From positions 1 to 64,000 of the forward strand of contig JAJYFE010000003.1 of assembly GCA_021785435.1 (NCBI GenBank): 64,000 bases of DNA. Direction: 5' to 3'. Positions 39,713-48,047 of this stretch are shown piece after piece. A program made the position numbers and the translations under genes. The stretch's first letter is position 1. Every line of letters starts with the position of its first letter. The DNA is from Planctomycetota bacterium. GTDB taxonomy: Bacteria; Planctomycetota; Phycisphaerae; WQYP01. Below the pieces are notes generated by a model. The model had not been told where the DNA came from and searched no databases. It saw only the letters and a list, made by a program, of their open reading frames with translations.

Positions 39713-41329
39713 ATGAAAGTAGAAATCCCTCCAGACATAGAGGCGCTGATTTCCCGCAGCTATCCAGCGATTCTCGCGACCAAAATTCCGAAAGGCGAGA
39801 ATTTTGACGGTGATGCCGAGGAGCTGCAAACACGCGGTACAGCAATGGTCCGATGGTGTTACGGGATCGGGCTTGGGGGCCAGCAGCTGCCAGCCGGTGC
39901 ACTTTGCTTCCGGTTTACTGCATGCTCGAACCAAGACGGACAGGTCCAGCGGTTCAACGATTACTTCGCTGGCTGCGAACGCCGGAACAATTCACATGAG
40001 TGCGGAATCCCGATCGCGCACATTATCCTGCACATCCCGGGGCCCGATGGCAGCGAGGGTTGGGTCGGCGACTGCGACGGACTGCCGACGTTTAGAAAAT
40101 ATGACCAGTTCGGCTGGGTGCTGGAGGATTCCCTCCAATGGCTGCGCTGGTCGAGAGGCGGCATCGACGATAAGCAAAACGTCCAATCGCTCTGTACCTC
40201 GTGGGACCCGAATATCCACAAGCTCGCCGATTATCTGGGGAAAAACTTTGATCTATCCGGCAATAGCTTTGGGAAAGTGAAGATCGGTATCGCCAATCTG
40301 ACCAATGACTTGGCATCGAAACTTCTGTTCATCCCCGCTAATTCCGCCGGAGCCCATAAGCCCGTCCCCACGCAGGGCGACACCGAGGTCTTGAAGGAAT
40401 TTTACCGTCTTGATGCGGAGTTTTTACCATCCACTCTGAAGCTTCCCGATTGTGAAATCGCAAGCAGCCTGTTCGCCGCGTTGAGCTTCGCCTCCGGCCT
40501 ACGCCTCGGTTTTGCGGCTACCGTGGTTGTTCAAGGCGGCTGCCCGATCTTTCGTGAACTGCGGCCATGCCGAGGCGGCGTGACGGAGGCTCTGTGCGCC
40601 CCGACTGGCGAGGACGGGAATGCGGTAAAAAAGATCGCGTGGCTTTTTCTTCAGAGGCTGGCCGCTGACTTATCCCAGCTCTCACGGAACGATCCGCATT
40701 TCATGTGCACGCATCCGCTCGTCGGCGCTATCCAGAGAATTAACGAGGCGCTTTCCCGGCGCGGCGTGGAACATGGCGATGATCTCTACCTCACCCTCGA
40801 GCGGGCCTGCCTTTTGATCTCGGTGGCAATTGAGGCGGTCAGCAGGTGTTACGAGCCGAACGAAACTGGGGTGACTTGGCGGCCAACAAGAGAAAAGGGG
40901 GATGCTCGGGTCGAGAGGTGGATCGGCTCCAAGGCGTACGGATTGTGGGCCAGGTACCGCCACGCGCTCGCGCACCGGCTCAAGCTCATCGAGAACGATG
41001 CACCGAGCGCCAGTCGCCCTGGGGCGCGCGGCCAGGGCGCTGCCGCGCTCTCCGATGTCGTCCGCGCGTTTTTGGAGCGCGGCTCTGAGATTAACGGCCG
41101 GCTGCGCGACCTGTGGACCTATGAGCGGTTCCTGATGACGGCCTTTAACCATCTGGTACTGCGCGTCATCGGCTACGACGGCAAGGCAACTGATTGGATG
41201 GACAAGCCGGTGTCATTATACCAGATCAACGGTGGCAATGCACCGGCGCCCGAACTCAATAGTCTTAACAGAACTTTCTCGTCAGCGGACCAGCCCCGCG
41301 ACAGCACAGAAGCGGAGGGGCAACCTTGA
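39713..41329 (+). CDS. ApeA-like protein with C-terminal HEPN domain
   Basis: AIEAVS helix, RHALAH (Rx4H), LVLRVIGYDG tail; stop overlaps the methylase start. Confidence 0.6.
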   Translation: MKVEIPPDIEALISRSYPAILATKIPKGENFDGDAEELQTRGTAMVRWCYGIGLGGQQLPAGALCFRFTACSNQDGQVQRFNDYFAGCERRNNSHECGIPIAHIILHIPGPDGSEGWVGDCDGLPTFRKYDQFGWVLEDSLQWLRWSRGGIDDKQNVQSLCTSWDPNIHKLADYLGKNFDLSGNSFGKVKIGIANLTNDLASKLLFIPANSAGAHKPVPTQGDTEVLKEFYRLDAEFLPSTLKLPDCEIASSLFAALSFASGLRLGFAATVVVQGGCPIFRELRPCRGGVTEALCAPTGEDGNAVKKIAWLFLQRLAADLSQLSRNDPHFMCTHPLVGAIQRINEALSRRGVEHGDDLYLTLERACLLISVAIEAVSRCYEPNETGVTWRPTREKGDARVERWIGSKAYGLWARYRHALAHRLKLIENDAPSASRPGARGQGAAALSDVVRAFLERGSEINGRLRDLWTYERFLMTAFNHLVLRVIGYDGKATDWMDKPVSLYQINGGNAPAPELNSLNRTFSSADQPRDSTEAEGQP

Positions 41330-44300
41330 TCCCCCAATCATGCAGACGTCTCGCCGAAGTGGATTTTCCGATTGCCGCGGTGTCGCGGCATTCGGTGCGG
41401 GAAAAGTCCATCCGGCACGGGCATCCATCCACGCTGCATTTATGGTGGGCGCGGCGGCCGCTGGCGGCGTGCCGAGCCGTGCTGATGGCACTGCTTTTGC
41501 CGGATCCGTGTGATACGCAATGCCCGCAAACGTTCAAAGCCGCGGCACGGCAAATCTTATTGGCGTTTCCGGAGCGGCCCTCGCGCTGGGACCAGGATAT
41601 CCAAAGCGACGAACGCCTGCGCCATGTTCTGCTGCATGAATTCATCGCCGATTTCGCCAACTGGGATCATGCCGCTAATCCGGCGTATCTGAAGACGGCA
41701 CGTGACCTGGTCAAGGCCGCCCATCCGGAAGAAACGCCGCTGGTGGTTGACCCCTTCGCCGGCGGCGGCTCGATTCCACTGGAAGCGTTGCGCATCGGCT
41801 GCGATGCCTTCGCCAGTGATTTGAATCCCGTGGCGTGCCTGATCCTGAAAGTGATGCTGGAGGATATTCCGCGGGAAACCCGCCGCAGAGGCGCGGAGAA
41901 CGCCGAATCATTGGCGGATGAACTCCGCCGAGTGGGGAAGCAGATAAAAGAGGAGGTGGAAAAGGAAGTCGGCGATTTGTACCCCAAAGATCCCGACGGC
42001 GCCACACCGATTGCGTATCTCTGGGCGCGGACGGTTAAATGCGAAGCGCCCAACTGCGGCGCGGAAATACCGCTGGTGCGGTCGTTCTGGCTGTGCAACA
42101 AACCGAACCGCAAACGGGCGCTGCGGTACACGGTGGTTCGTTGTGGCACGGGCTTCCAGCCCGTGAGGGAGGGAAACGGCCATGGGCACGATGCCCATGC
42201 CACCGTTGAGTTCGGAAACGGCCATGGGCAGGATGCCCATGCCACCGTTGAGTTCGAGATTTTCGAGCCGAAATCGGAAAAAGACGTTCCCGCCGGCACC
42301 GTGACGCGGGCCAAGGCGACCTGTCTATGCTGCGGGGCGGTTTTGCCGCCGCAGCGCGTGCGCGCGCAATTGGCCGCCCAGCGCGGCGGCGCGGATGTGA
42401 TATTTGCTTCTGACGCGGGCGATTGTGGCACGGGCTTCCAGCCCGTGATGGATGGAAATGACCATGGGCAGAACGCCCATGCCACCACCATCCAGAAACG
42501 CCGCGGCGCCTACCTGCCGCACTGGACACGCGAGGGGGCGACCTACAGCGTAACCTTTCGGCTCGCCGACAGCCTGCCGGCCAAGGTGCTCGCGGCGTGG
42601 GTCGGGGAGCGTGAGGATATCGTCAAAAGGGCAGCGACCATGGGCCGGCCGCTCACCGACGACGAAATGCGGCGCCTGGACGAGTTGCATTCGCAGCGTA
42701 TCGAAAAGTACCTTGACTCCGGCGCCGGCGAGTGCCAACTGAGGGACCCGCGGATCGCGAATATCGTTCGTGATTCGCTTCTGCATTTTGACGGCGACAG
42801 GTATGACCTGGCCGTATGGTGTGTCATGCCAAACCACGTACACGTGGTAGTTCGGCCCCGCCCCGGCCACGAACTGTCTGATATCCTCCACTCCTGGAAA
42901 AGTTTCACGGCGACAAAAGTCAACCGGCTGCTCGGCCGCACCGGTGCTTTCTGGCAGCCGGAATGTTACGACCACCTGATCCGCGACTGGGATGAACTCG
43001 CGCACGCTGTCGAGTACGTAATGGACAACCCGGGCAAGGCTGGCCTGCGGGATTGGCCCTGGGTCGGCCGCGGCACGGGCTTCCAGCCCGTGATGAACGG
43101 AAATGACCATGGGCAGGATGCCCATGCCACGACGCATGTGCCGCAACGCGTTGCTGGCGCGCGGATGTTGGCCGTGGTGACGCTCAAGCCCGGCCAGCCG
43201 GGCCGGCATTATCGCCTGCCAACCCCACCTGATTATCAGGCCGTCCGGAAGGCGCAGGATCGGCTCAAGGCCATTCTCGACGAATGGGAGCGGGGCGGGA
43301 AGAAGGGGCTTTGCCCCGTGCCGGATGAGCCGACGCCCGCCGGCGGTGGCTCCGGTGCCGGCCGCGCCTTCAGCGTCCAAAAATACGGCATGCTCCAGTG
43401 GGGCGACCTTTTCACGGCGCGGCAGAAGGTGACGCTGGTGCCCCTGGCGGCCGGCGTTGGCGCCGCAGCTCGCGAAAATCCAGCCTTGTCGAAGCTGTTA
43501 GCGTGCGCGCTGGGCATATTTGCGCGATCATGCAATGGTAACGCACGCATGCACCCGAACAGCTCCGTTGCGCCAGCCTTCGGAATGCAGACGCTTCCCA
43601 TCACCTGGACTTTCCCTGAGACAGTCATATCCGGCGGACGATCAGAGCACTTTGATGGAGCCCTCCGGCTTGTTGGGGACGCGCTCGACGGCCCCGGTAT
43701 CCCGGCGCGCAGCGGCGGGCAAGTTGAGCAGGCTGACGCGTCGGAAGTTCCCCTCCCCAGCGGCTCATCCAGCGCGTGGTTCACGGACCCGCCATACTAC
43801 GACGCCATCCCCTATTCCGATCTTTCGGACTTCTTCCTGGCGTGGCTCAAGCGCTGCCTTCCGGGCAACGGCGGCCTGCGCGACCCGTTCGACCCCGCCA
43901 ACAGGTTATCACCGAAATTACGCGAGGCCGTCCAGGACGAAACCAAAGTGGACAGCGGCCGACCAAAGGACCGTGCATGGTTCGAGGAGAAAATGGCGGC
44001 GGCTTTCGCCGAGGGCCGCCGTATTCTCCGTGACGACGGGGTCGGCTGCGTGGTATTTGCGCACAAGACCACCGAAGGCTGGGAAGCCCTGCTCTCCGGT
44101 ATGACCCGCGGCGGCTGGACGGTCACCGGTTCCTGGCCCATCGCCACGGAAATGAGCTCGCGCCTGCGCGCCCGCGACTCCGCCGCCCTTGCCACCAGCG
44201 TGCACCTTATCTGCCGCCCGCGGCCGGATGACGCGCCGGTGGGCGATTGGGGCGAGGTTCTGCGCGAATTGCCCAAACGCGTTGGCGACTGGATGGAACG

Positions 44301-45192
44301 GCTGCAAGGCGAAGGCATTCGCGGGGCGGATTTGGTGTTTGCCTGCATCGGACCGGCGCTGGAAATTTTCAGCCGCTACCGCAAGGTTGAAACCGCCGAT
44401 GGTCGGGAAGTGAAATTGGCCGAATACCTGGAAAAAGTCTGGGAAGTGGTTGGCCGTACGGCGTTGGAAAACGTCTTAGGCTCGGCGGAGGCGAAAGTGC
44501 GTAACGGCGCCGCGGGGGCATTGGAAGAAGATGCCCGGCTGACGGCCCTGTTTCTGTGGGCACTGCAAAGCACGGATGTTAAAGCCCCAGCCGATCGGTC
44601 CGATCCGTCCGGTTCGTCTGATGACGCCGAGGCCGACGAAAACGACGATGAGGACGCCTCCGCGCCTCGGCGTTCCAGCGGCTTTTCGCTCGTTTTTGAC
44701 GTCGTCCGCCGGTTCGCCCAGCCATTGGGGGTAGACCTTTCCAAATGGGAAGGGCGGATCATCCAGACCAGCAAAGGCGTGGTGCGGCTTCTGCCGGTTG
44801 GCGAACGGGCCAAGCAGCTCTTTGGCGAAGAAGGCGCCGCGGTGATGGCCAGCCGGCTGGAAAGCTGGGCCGATCCACAGCAAACGCTGTTTCCAAAAAA
44901 TGAGGCCGACTCACCGCGGAGGCGCGGAGGACGCGGAGCTGAAAAAAGCATTCGGGAGGAGGAAGCTTTGCGGATTCGTGGTGAAATCCAGGCCACCACG
45001 CTGGACCGCGTTCACGCCGCCATGCTGCTGCAGGCCGGCGGCCAGACCAACGGCCTGCGCGCCCTGATTAAGGCCGAACAGCAACGCGGCCCGGATTTCC
45101 TGCGGCTGGCCAATGCCCTGTCGGCGCTTTATCCTTCTGACAGCGAAGAAAAGCGATTATTGGATGCCATGCTGTTGGCCGTGCCGAGGTAA
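41326..45192 (+). CDS. DUF1156 adenine DNA methyltransferase carrying an in-frame RAYT transposase domain and translated repeats
   Basis: LHLWWARRPLA, DPFAGGGSIPLEA, TDPPYYD, VFAHKT; internal VMPNHVH..FWQ..YDHLIRD..YVMDNP. Confidence 0.9.
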   Translation: MIPQSCRRLAEVDFPIAAVSRHSVREKSIRHGHPSTLHLWWARRPLAACRAVLMALLLPDPCDTQCPQTFKAAARQILLAFPERPSRWDQDIQSDERLRHVLLHEFIADFANWDHAANPAYLKTARDLVKAAHPEETPLVVDPFAGGGSIPLEALRIGCDAFASDLNPVACLILKVMLEDIPRETRRRGAENAESLADELRRVGKQIKEEVEKEVGDLYPKDPDGATPIAYLWARTVKCEAPNCGAEIPLVRSFWLCNKPNRKRALRYTVVRCGTGFQPVREGNGHGHDAHATVEFGNGHGQDAHATVEFEIFEPKSEKDVPAGTVTRAKATCLCCGAVLPPQRVRAQLAAQRGGADVIFASDAGDCGTGFQPVMDGNDHGQNAHATTIQKRRGAYLPHWTREGATYSVTFRLADSLPAKVLAAWVGEREDIVKRAATMGRPLTDDEMRRLDELHSQRIEKYLDSGAGECQLRDPRIANIVRDSLLHFDGDRYDLAVWCVMPNHVHVVVRPRPGHELSDILHSWKSFTATKVNRLLGRTGAFWQPECYDHLIRDWDELAHAVEYVMDNPGKAGLRDWPWVGRGTGFQPVMNGNDHGQDAHATTHVPQRVAGARMLAVVTLKPGQPGRHYRLPTPPDYQAVRKAQDRLKAILDEWERGGKKGLCPVPDEPTPAGGGSGAGRAFSVQKYGMLQWGDLFTARQKVTLVPLAAGVGAAARENPALSKLLACALGIFARSCNGNARMHPNSSVAPAFGMQTLPITWTFPETVISGGRSEHFDGALRLVGDALDGPGIPARSGGQVEQADASEVPLPSGSSSAWFTDPPYYDAIPYSDLSDFFLAWLKRCLPGNGGLRDPFDPANRLSPKLREAVQDETKVDSGRPKDRAWFEEKMAAAFAEGRRILRDDGVGCVVFAHKTTEGWEALLSGMTRGGWTVTGSWPIATEMSSRLRARDSAALATSVHLICRPRPDDAPVGDWGEVLRELPKRVGDWMERLQGEGIRGADLVFACIGPALEIFSRYRKVETADGREVKLAEYLEKVWEVVGRTALENVLGSAEAKVRNGAAGALEEDARLTALFLWALQSTDVKAPADRSDPSGSSDDAEADENDDEDASAPRRSSGFSLVFDVVRRFAQPLGVDLSKWEGRIIQTSKGVVRLLPVGERAKQLFGEEGAAVMASRLESWADPQQTLFPKNEADSPRRRGGRGAEKSIREEEALRIRGEIQATTLDRVHAAMLLQAGGQTNGLRALIKAEQQRGPDFLRLANALSALYPSDSEEKRLLDAMLLAVPR
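42143..42255. repeat. REP doublet (61 bp) plus 42-bp tandem duplication, translated inside the methylase
   Basis: GTGGCACGGGCTTCCAGCCCGTG (42143-42165) and inverted CATGGGCACGATGCCCATGCCAC (42181-42203); 42172-42213 repeated at 42214-42255. Confidence 0.9.
42425..43130 (+). mobile_element. RAYT (Y1/HUH transposase) cassette flanked by directly repeated REP doublets
   Basis: Doublets at 42425-42485 and 43070-43130; between them LPHW, TFRLADSLP, MPNHVH, WKSFTA, FWQ, YDHLIR, YVMDNPGKAGL. Confidence 0.88.
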
Positions 45193-45199
45193 AGGACCT

Positions 45200-46276
45200 A
45201 TGTTGCGATTCGAACACATCAACATTCGTGGGTTCAAGTCCATTGAGCGATTGGAGGATTTCGCGCTCGGGCAGCTCAACGTCCTCATTGGCGCCAACGG
45301 TGCGGGTAAAAGCAACTTTGTGGAGTTCTTCCGGCTCCTCGGGGCGATCCGCCAAGGGCGGCTGCGAGCGTACATGGAGCGAAATGCCCCGGCGGACGGC
45401 TATTTCTACAAGGGCATAAAGCAAACCCGGCGCCTTGAGGCCGCGCTGGATTTCGGCATGGGCAACGGATACAGCTTCTGCCTTGAGCCGACCGCGGACG
45501 GAGGCGTGCTCATTGGGGATGCGACAGACTACCGTGGGCTAGGCGGTCAAAGTCCCGAGGTCGGCCATGCGTACCCAGTGAACGACCGGGAATCGCAGAG
45601 CGCTTCGTTCTGGATGGCGCCTGGAGTGCCTGATTGGCAGGTTTATCACTTCCACGACACCAGCGCAACCGCCGGCATGCGCCGCGAAGCCGGCGTCGAT
45701 CAGGCGGAAGCCCTGGCTCCGAACGGCGATAACCTGGCGGCGTTCCTCTTGGCCCTGCGTGCGCACCACGGTGAAAGCTATCAGCTCCTACGCCAGACGG
45801 TGCAGCGAGTGATGCCGCATTTCGATGACTTTGACCTTCGGAAGCGCGATGGGAAAAACGAGGAACTGGTCCGGCTGACCTGGCGTCAGAAAGGCTCGGA
45901 CTATATCTTCCAACCGGGCCACCTTTCGGACGGCACCATTCGCTTTATCTGTCTGGCCACCGCGCTGCTGCAACCCAACCCACCCGCGACCGCCGTTTTT
46001 GACGAGCCGGAACTGGGGCTGCACCCGGAAGCGCTGGTTATTCTGGCCGGCCTGTTTCGGTCGGCGTCAGCTCGGATGCAGATCATCGTGGCCACGCAGT
46101 CGCCGGTTTTGCTGAATGAATTCGAGCTGGCGGATGTGATCACCGTCGACAACGTCCAGGGCGCGACGCAGTTTAACCGGCTCGATAAAGAAGCCCTGCG
46201 CCAGTGGCTGGAGGACTACACCCTCGGCGACCTGTGGCAAAAACGAACGCTGCGTGGAGGCGTGAACCATGCTTGA
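45200..46276 (+). CDS. AAA_21/ABC-type ATPase
   Basis: GFKSI, IGANGAGKSN, YHFHDTS, LSDGT, FDEPELGLHP, ATQSP. Confidence 0.9.
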   Translation: MLRFEHINIRGFKSIERLEDFALGQLNVLIGANGAGKSNFVEFFRLLGAIRQGRLRAYMERNAPADGYFYKGIKQTRRLEAALDFGMGNGYSFCLEPTADGGVLIGDATDYRGLGGQSPEVGHAYPVNDRESQSASFWMAPGVPDWQVYHFHDTSATAGMRREAGVDQAEALAPNGDNLAAFLLALRAHHGESYQLLRQTVQRVMPHFDDFDLRKRDGKNEELVRLTWRQKGSDYIFQPGHLSDGTIRFICLATALLQPNPPATAVFDEPELGLHPEALVILAGLFRSASARMQIIVATQSPVLLNEFELADVITVDNVQGATQFNRLDKEALRQWLEDYTLGDLWQKRTLRGGVNHA

Positions 46277-46955
46277 GGTGCTGGTGCTTTGCGAGGGTCA
46301 GACCGAACGGGAATTTTGTAACGGCCTGCTCAGCCCCCGCTTGGCCGAACACGGGGTCGCTATGAGGGCTACGTTACGTGGCAAGCCGCAGCGGAAACGC
46401 GGTGGAATGTGCGGATGGGATGTGTACCAACGGGAGTTGATCCGTCTGCCCGGTGGGCGGAGGGACTGTCACGTGGCGGTGCTGGCCGATTATTACAAAA
46501 TGGATGGCACCTGGCCCGGCCGCCCGGAAGCCCCGAAGCGAGACCCGCTTGAAAGGGGGCGGTTTGTGGAGCAGTCGTTGCGTCAGGCGATGGAGCCAAG
46601 ACTCGGATCGCGGTTCCATCCGTGCGTAGCACTGCACGAATTTGAAAGTCTGATGTTCGTCTCGCCGCGGATATCGGCCGACACCCTCAGTCGGGCCGGA
46701 TCGGGCGGCCATTCCGCCGGCCTGGCGAAGGACCTCGCCGCGGTAGTCGCCGAATTCGACGGCTCGGTGGAACTTATCAACGACTCCGAAGTCGGCGCGC
46801 CGTCCAAGCGGCTCCAGCAGCTTGTGCCTGGTTATGATAAGGTCGTTTTCGCAACGCTGGTCGCCGGCGCCGTCGGTATCGACAATCTGCGTAAGGGGTG
46901 CCCATGGCTTGACCGCTGGCTTGACGGATTGGAAAAATGCGCCAGCCAGCGATGA
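46269..46955 (+). CDS. DUF4276 (TOPRIM-like) protein
   Basis: VLCEGQTE, ADYY, HEFESL, ELIND...APSKRL, YDK, CPWLDRWL. Confidence 0.8.
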   Translation: MLEVLVLCEGQTEREFCNGLLSPRLAEHGVAMRATLRGKPQRKRGGMCGWDVYQRELIRLPGGRRDCHVAVLADYYKMDGTWPGRPEAPKRDPLERGRFVEQSLRQAMEPRLGSRFHPCVALHEFESLMFVSPRISADTLSRAGSGGHSAGLAKDLAAVVAEFDGSVELINDSEVGAPSKRLQQLVPGYDKVVFATLVAGAVGIDNLRKGCPWLDRWLDGLEKCASQR

Positions 46956-47121
46956 GGTTGCGGAGTAGCGGCAGGCGAAAACTCAATTGCCTTGGCCGAC
47001 CACGGTGGTAGGGCCGCCGGACCGCGGTCAATCGCCACCTCGGCGGCAAGAGAACGGCGCCCTCGGGGGCGAACGTGCCCCCGACTGGCCAAGGCGGTCC
47101 TGGCGCTTTATCCTGACGGTT

Positions 47122-47466
47122 ATGAGAACGCGCCGAAAACAGGGCGTTGCCACCGCCTCTTTGATCCGCCGCATGGTCCGGCGGATGGTGGAGCAATTCC
47201 ACCCGGAACAAGTCATTCTCTTCGGCTCGTATGCCCGCGGCGACGCCAGACCCGACAGTGACGTGGATTGACTGGTGGTGATGGAGGTACAGGGGGCGAA
47301 GCGGGAGAAGGTGCTGGAGATACGGAGGGCTTGGGGTGGGTTCGAGGTGGCGGAGGACGTGCTGATAAGCCGCCCCGCGGAGTTCGCGTGGCGCAGGCTA
47401 TACCCCGGCACCATCGAACGGCCGGCCCATCTGGAAGGAAAGGTGCTGTATGCCCGGCACCGGTGA
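47122..47466 (+). pseudogene. Minimal nucleotidyltransferase (MNT) with in-frame TGA at 47269-47271
   Basis: ILFGSYARGDARPDSDVD*LVV; the same frame continues to EGKVLYA. Confidence 0.8.
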
Positions 47467-47597
47467 TCTTACTGTGGTCGTCGCGGAATGGGTAGCCAAG
47501 GCAGAGGGCGACCTTAAAACTGCCGTGCACACCTTGAAGTTGGGGCCGGAATGTCCGACGGAAACTGTCGCATTTCACGCCCAGCTGTGCCACGGGG
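47450..47597 (+). pseudogene. HEPN partner of the MNT, truncated by the GxxExxY cassette
   Basis: EWVAKAEGDLKTA...VAFHAQ then homology stops abruptly. Confidence 0.7.
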
Positions 47598-48035
47598 ATG
47601 TTCACCGCGGAGGGCGCAGAGGAAAGCGACAGGCAGGACCTGACGGGAAGGATAATCGGGGCGGCCATTGAAATCCACAAGACGATTGGGCCTGGACTGC
47701 TGGAATCCGCCTACGAAGAATGTATTGCCCATGAGATGAACCTTCGGGGTTTGAACTTTGACCGGCAACGGCCGGTTCCCGTTGCCTATAAGGACGTGGG
47801 ATTGGATTGCGGATACCGCCTGGACTTTTTAGTTGAAGAGGCTGTCGTGCTCGAACTAAAGGCAGTTGAGGCAATCCAACCCATTCACGAAGCCCGGTTA
47901 TTGACCTGTCCGAAGCTCGGGGGTTGGATCGTCGGCTTGTTGATCAATTTCAATGTTCCAGTTCTCAAATCCGGCATCAGGCGCGTTGTTCTTGATTATA
48001 AAGAGCCCTCTGCGTGCTCCGCGCCTCCGCGGTGA
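47598..48035 (+). CDS. GxxExxY protein (PD-(D/E)XK-like), flanked by inverted repeats, probably degenerate
   Basis: GPGLLESAY, YRLDFLVE..VVLELKAV, GLLINF; the usual QLLTYLK reads RLLTCPK. Confidence 0.88.
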   Translation: MFTAEGAEESDRQDLTGRIIGAAIEIHKTIGPGLLESAYEECIAHEMNLRGLNFDRQRPVPVAYKDVGLDCGYRLDFLVEEAVVLELKAVEAIQPIHEARLLTCPKLGGWIVGLLINFNVPVLKSGIRRVVLDYKEPSACSAPPR

Positions 48036-48047
48036 ATGGAGTTGATC

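Noticed and set aside
42425..43130. Intein in the methylase (insert starts with Cys)
   Set aside because: No HINT blocks or terminal His-Asn; the Cys is encoded by the REP and the insert is an HUH transposase
10270..47271. TGA recoding or selenocysteine (in-frame TGA in hicA and MNT)
   Set aside because: Many intact genes end in TGA, the positions correspond to Arg/Leu rather than Cys/Trp, and both genes show other decay
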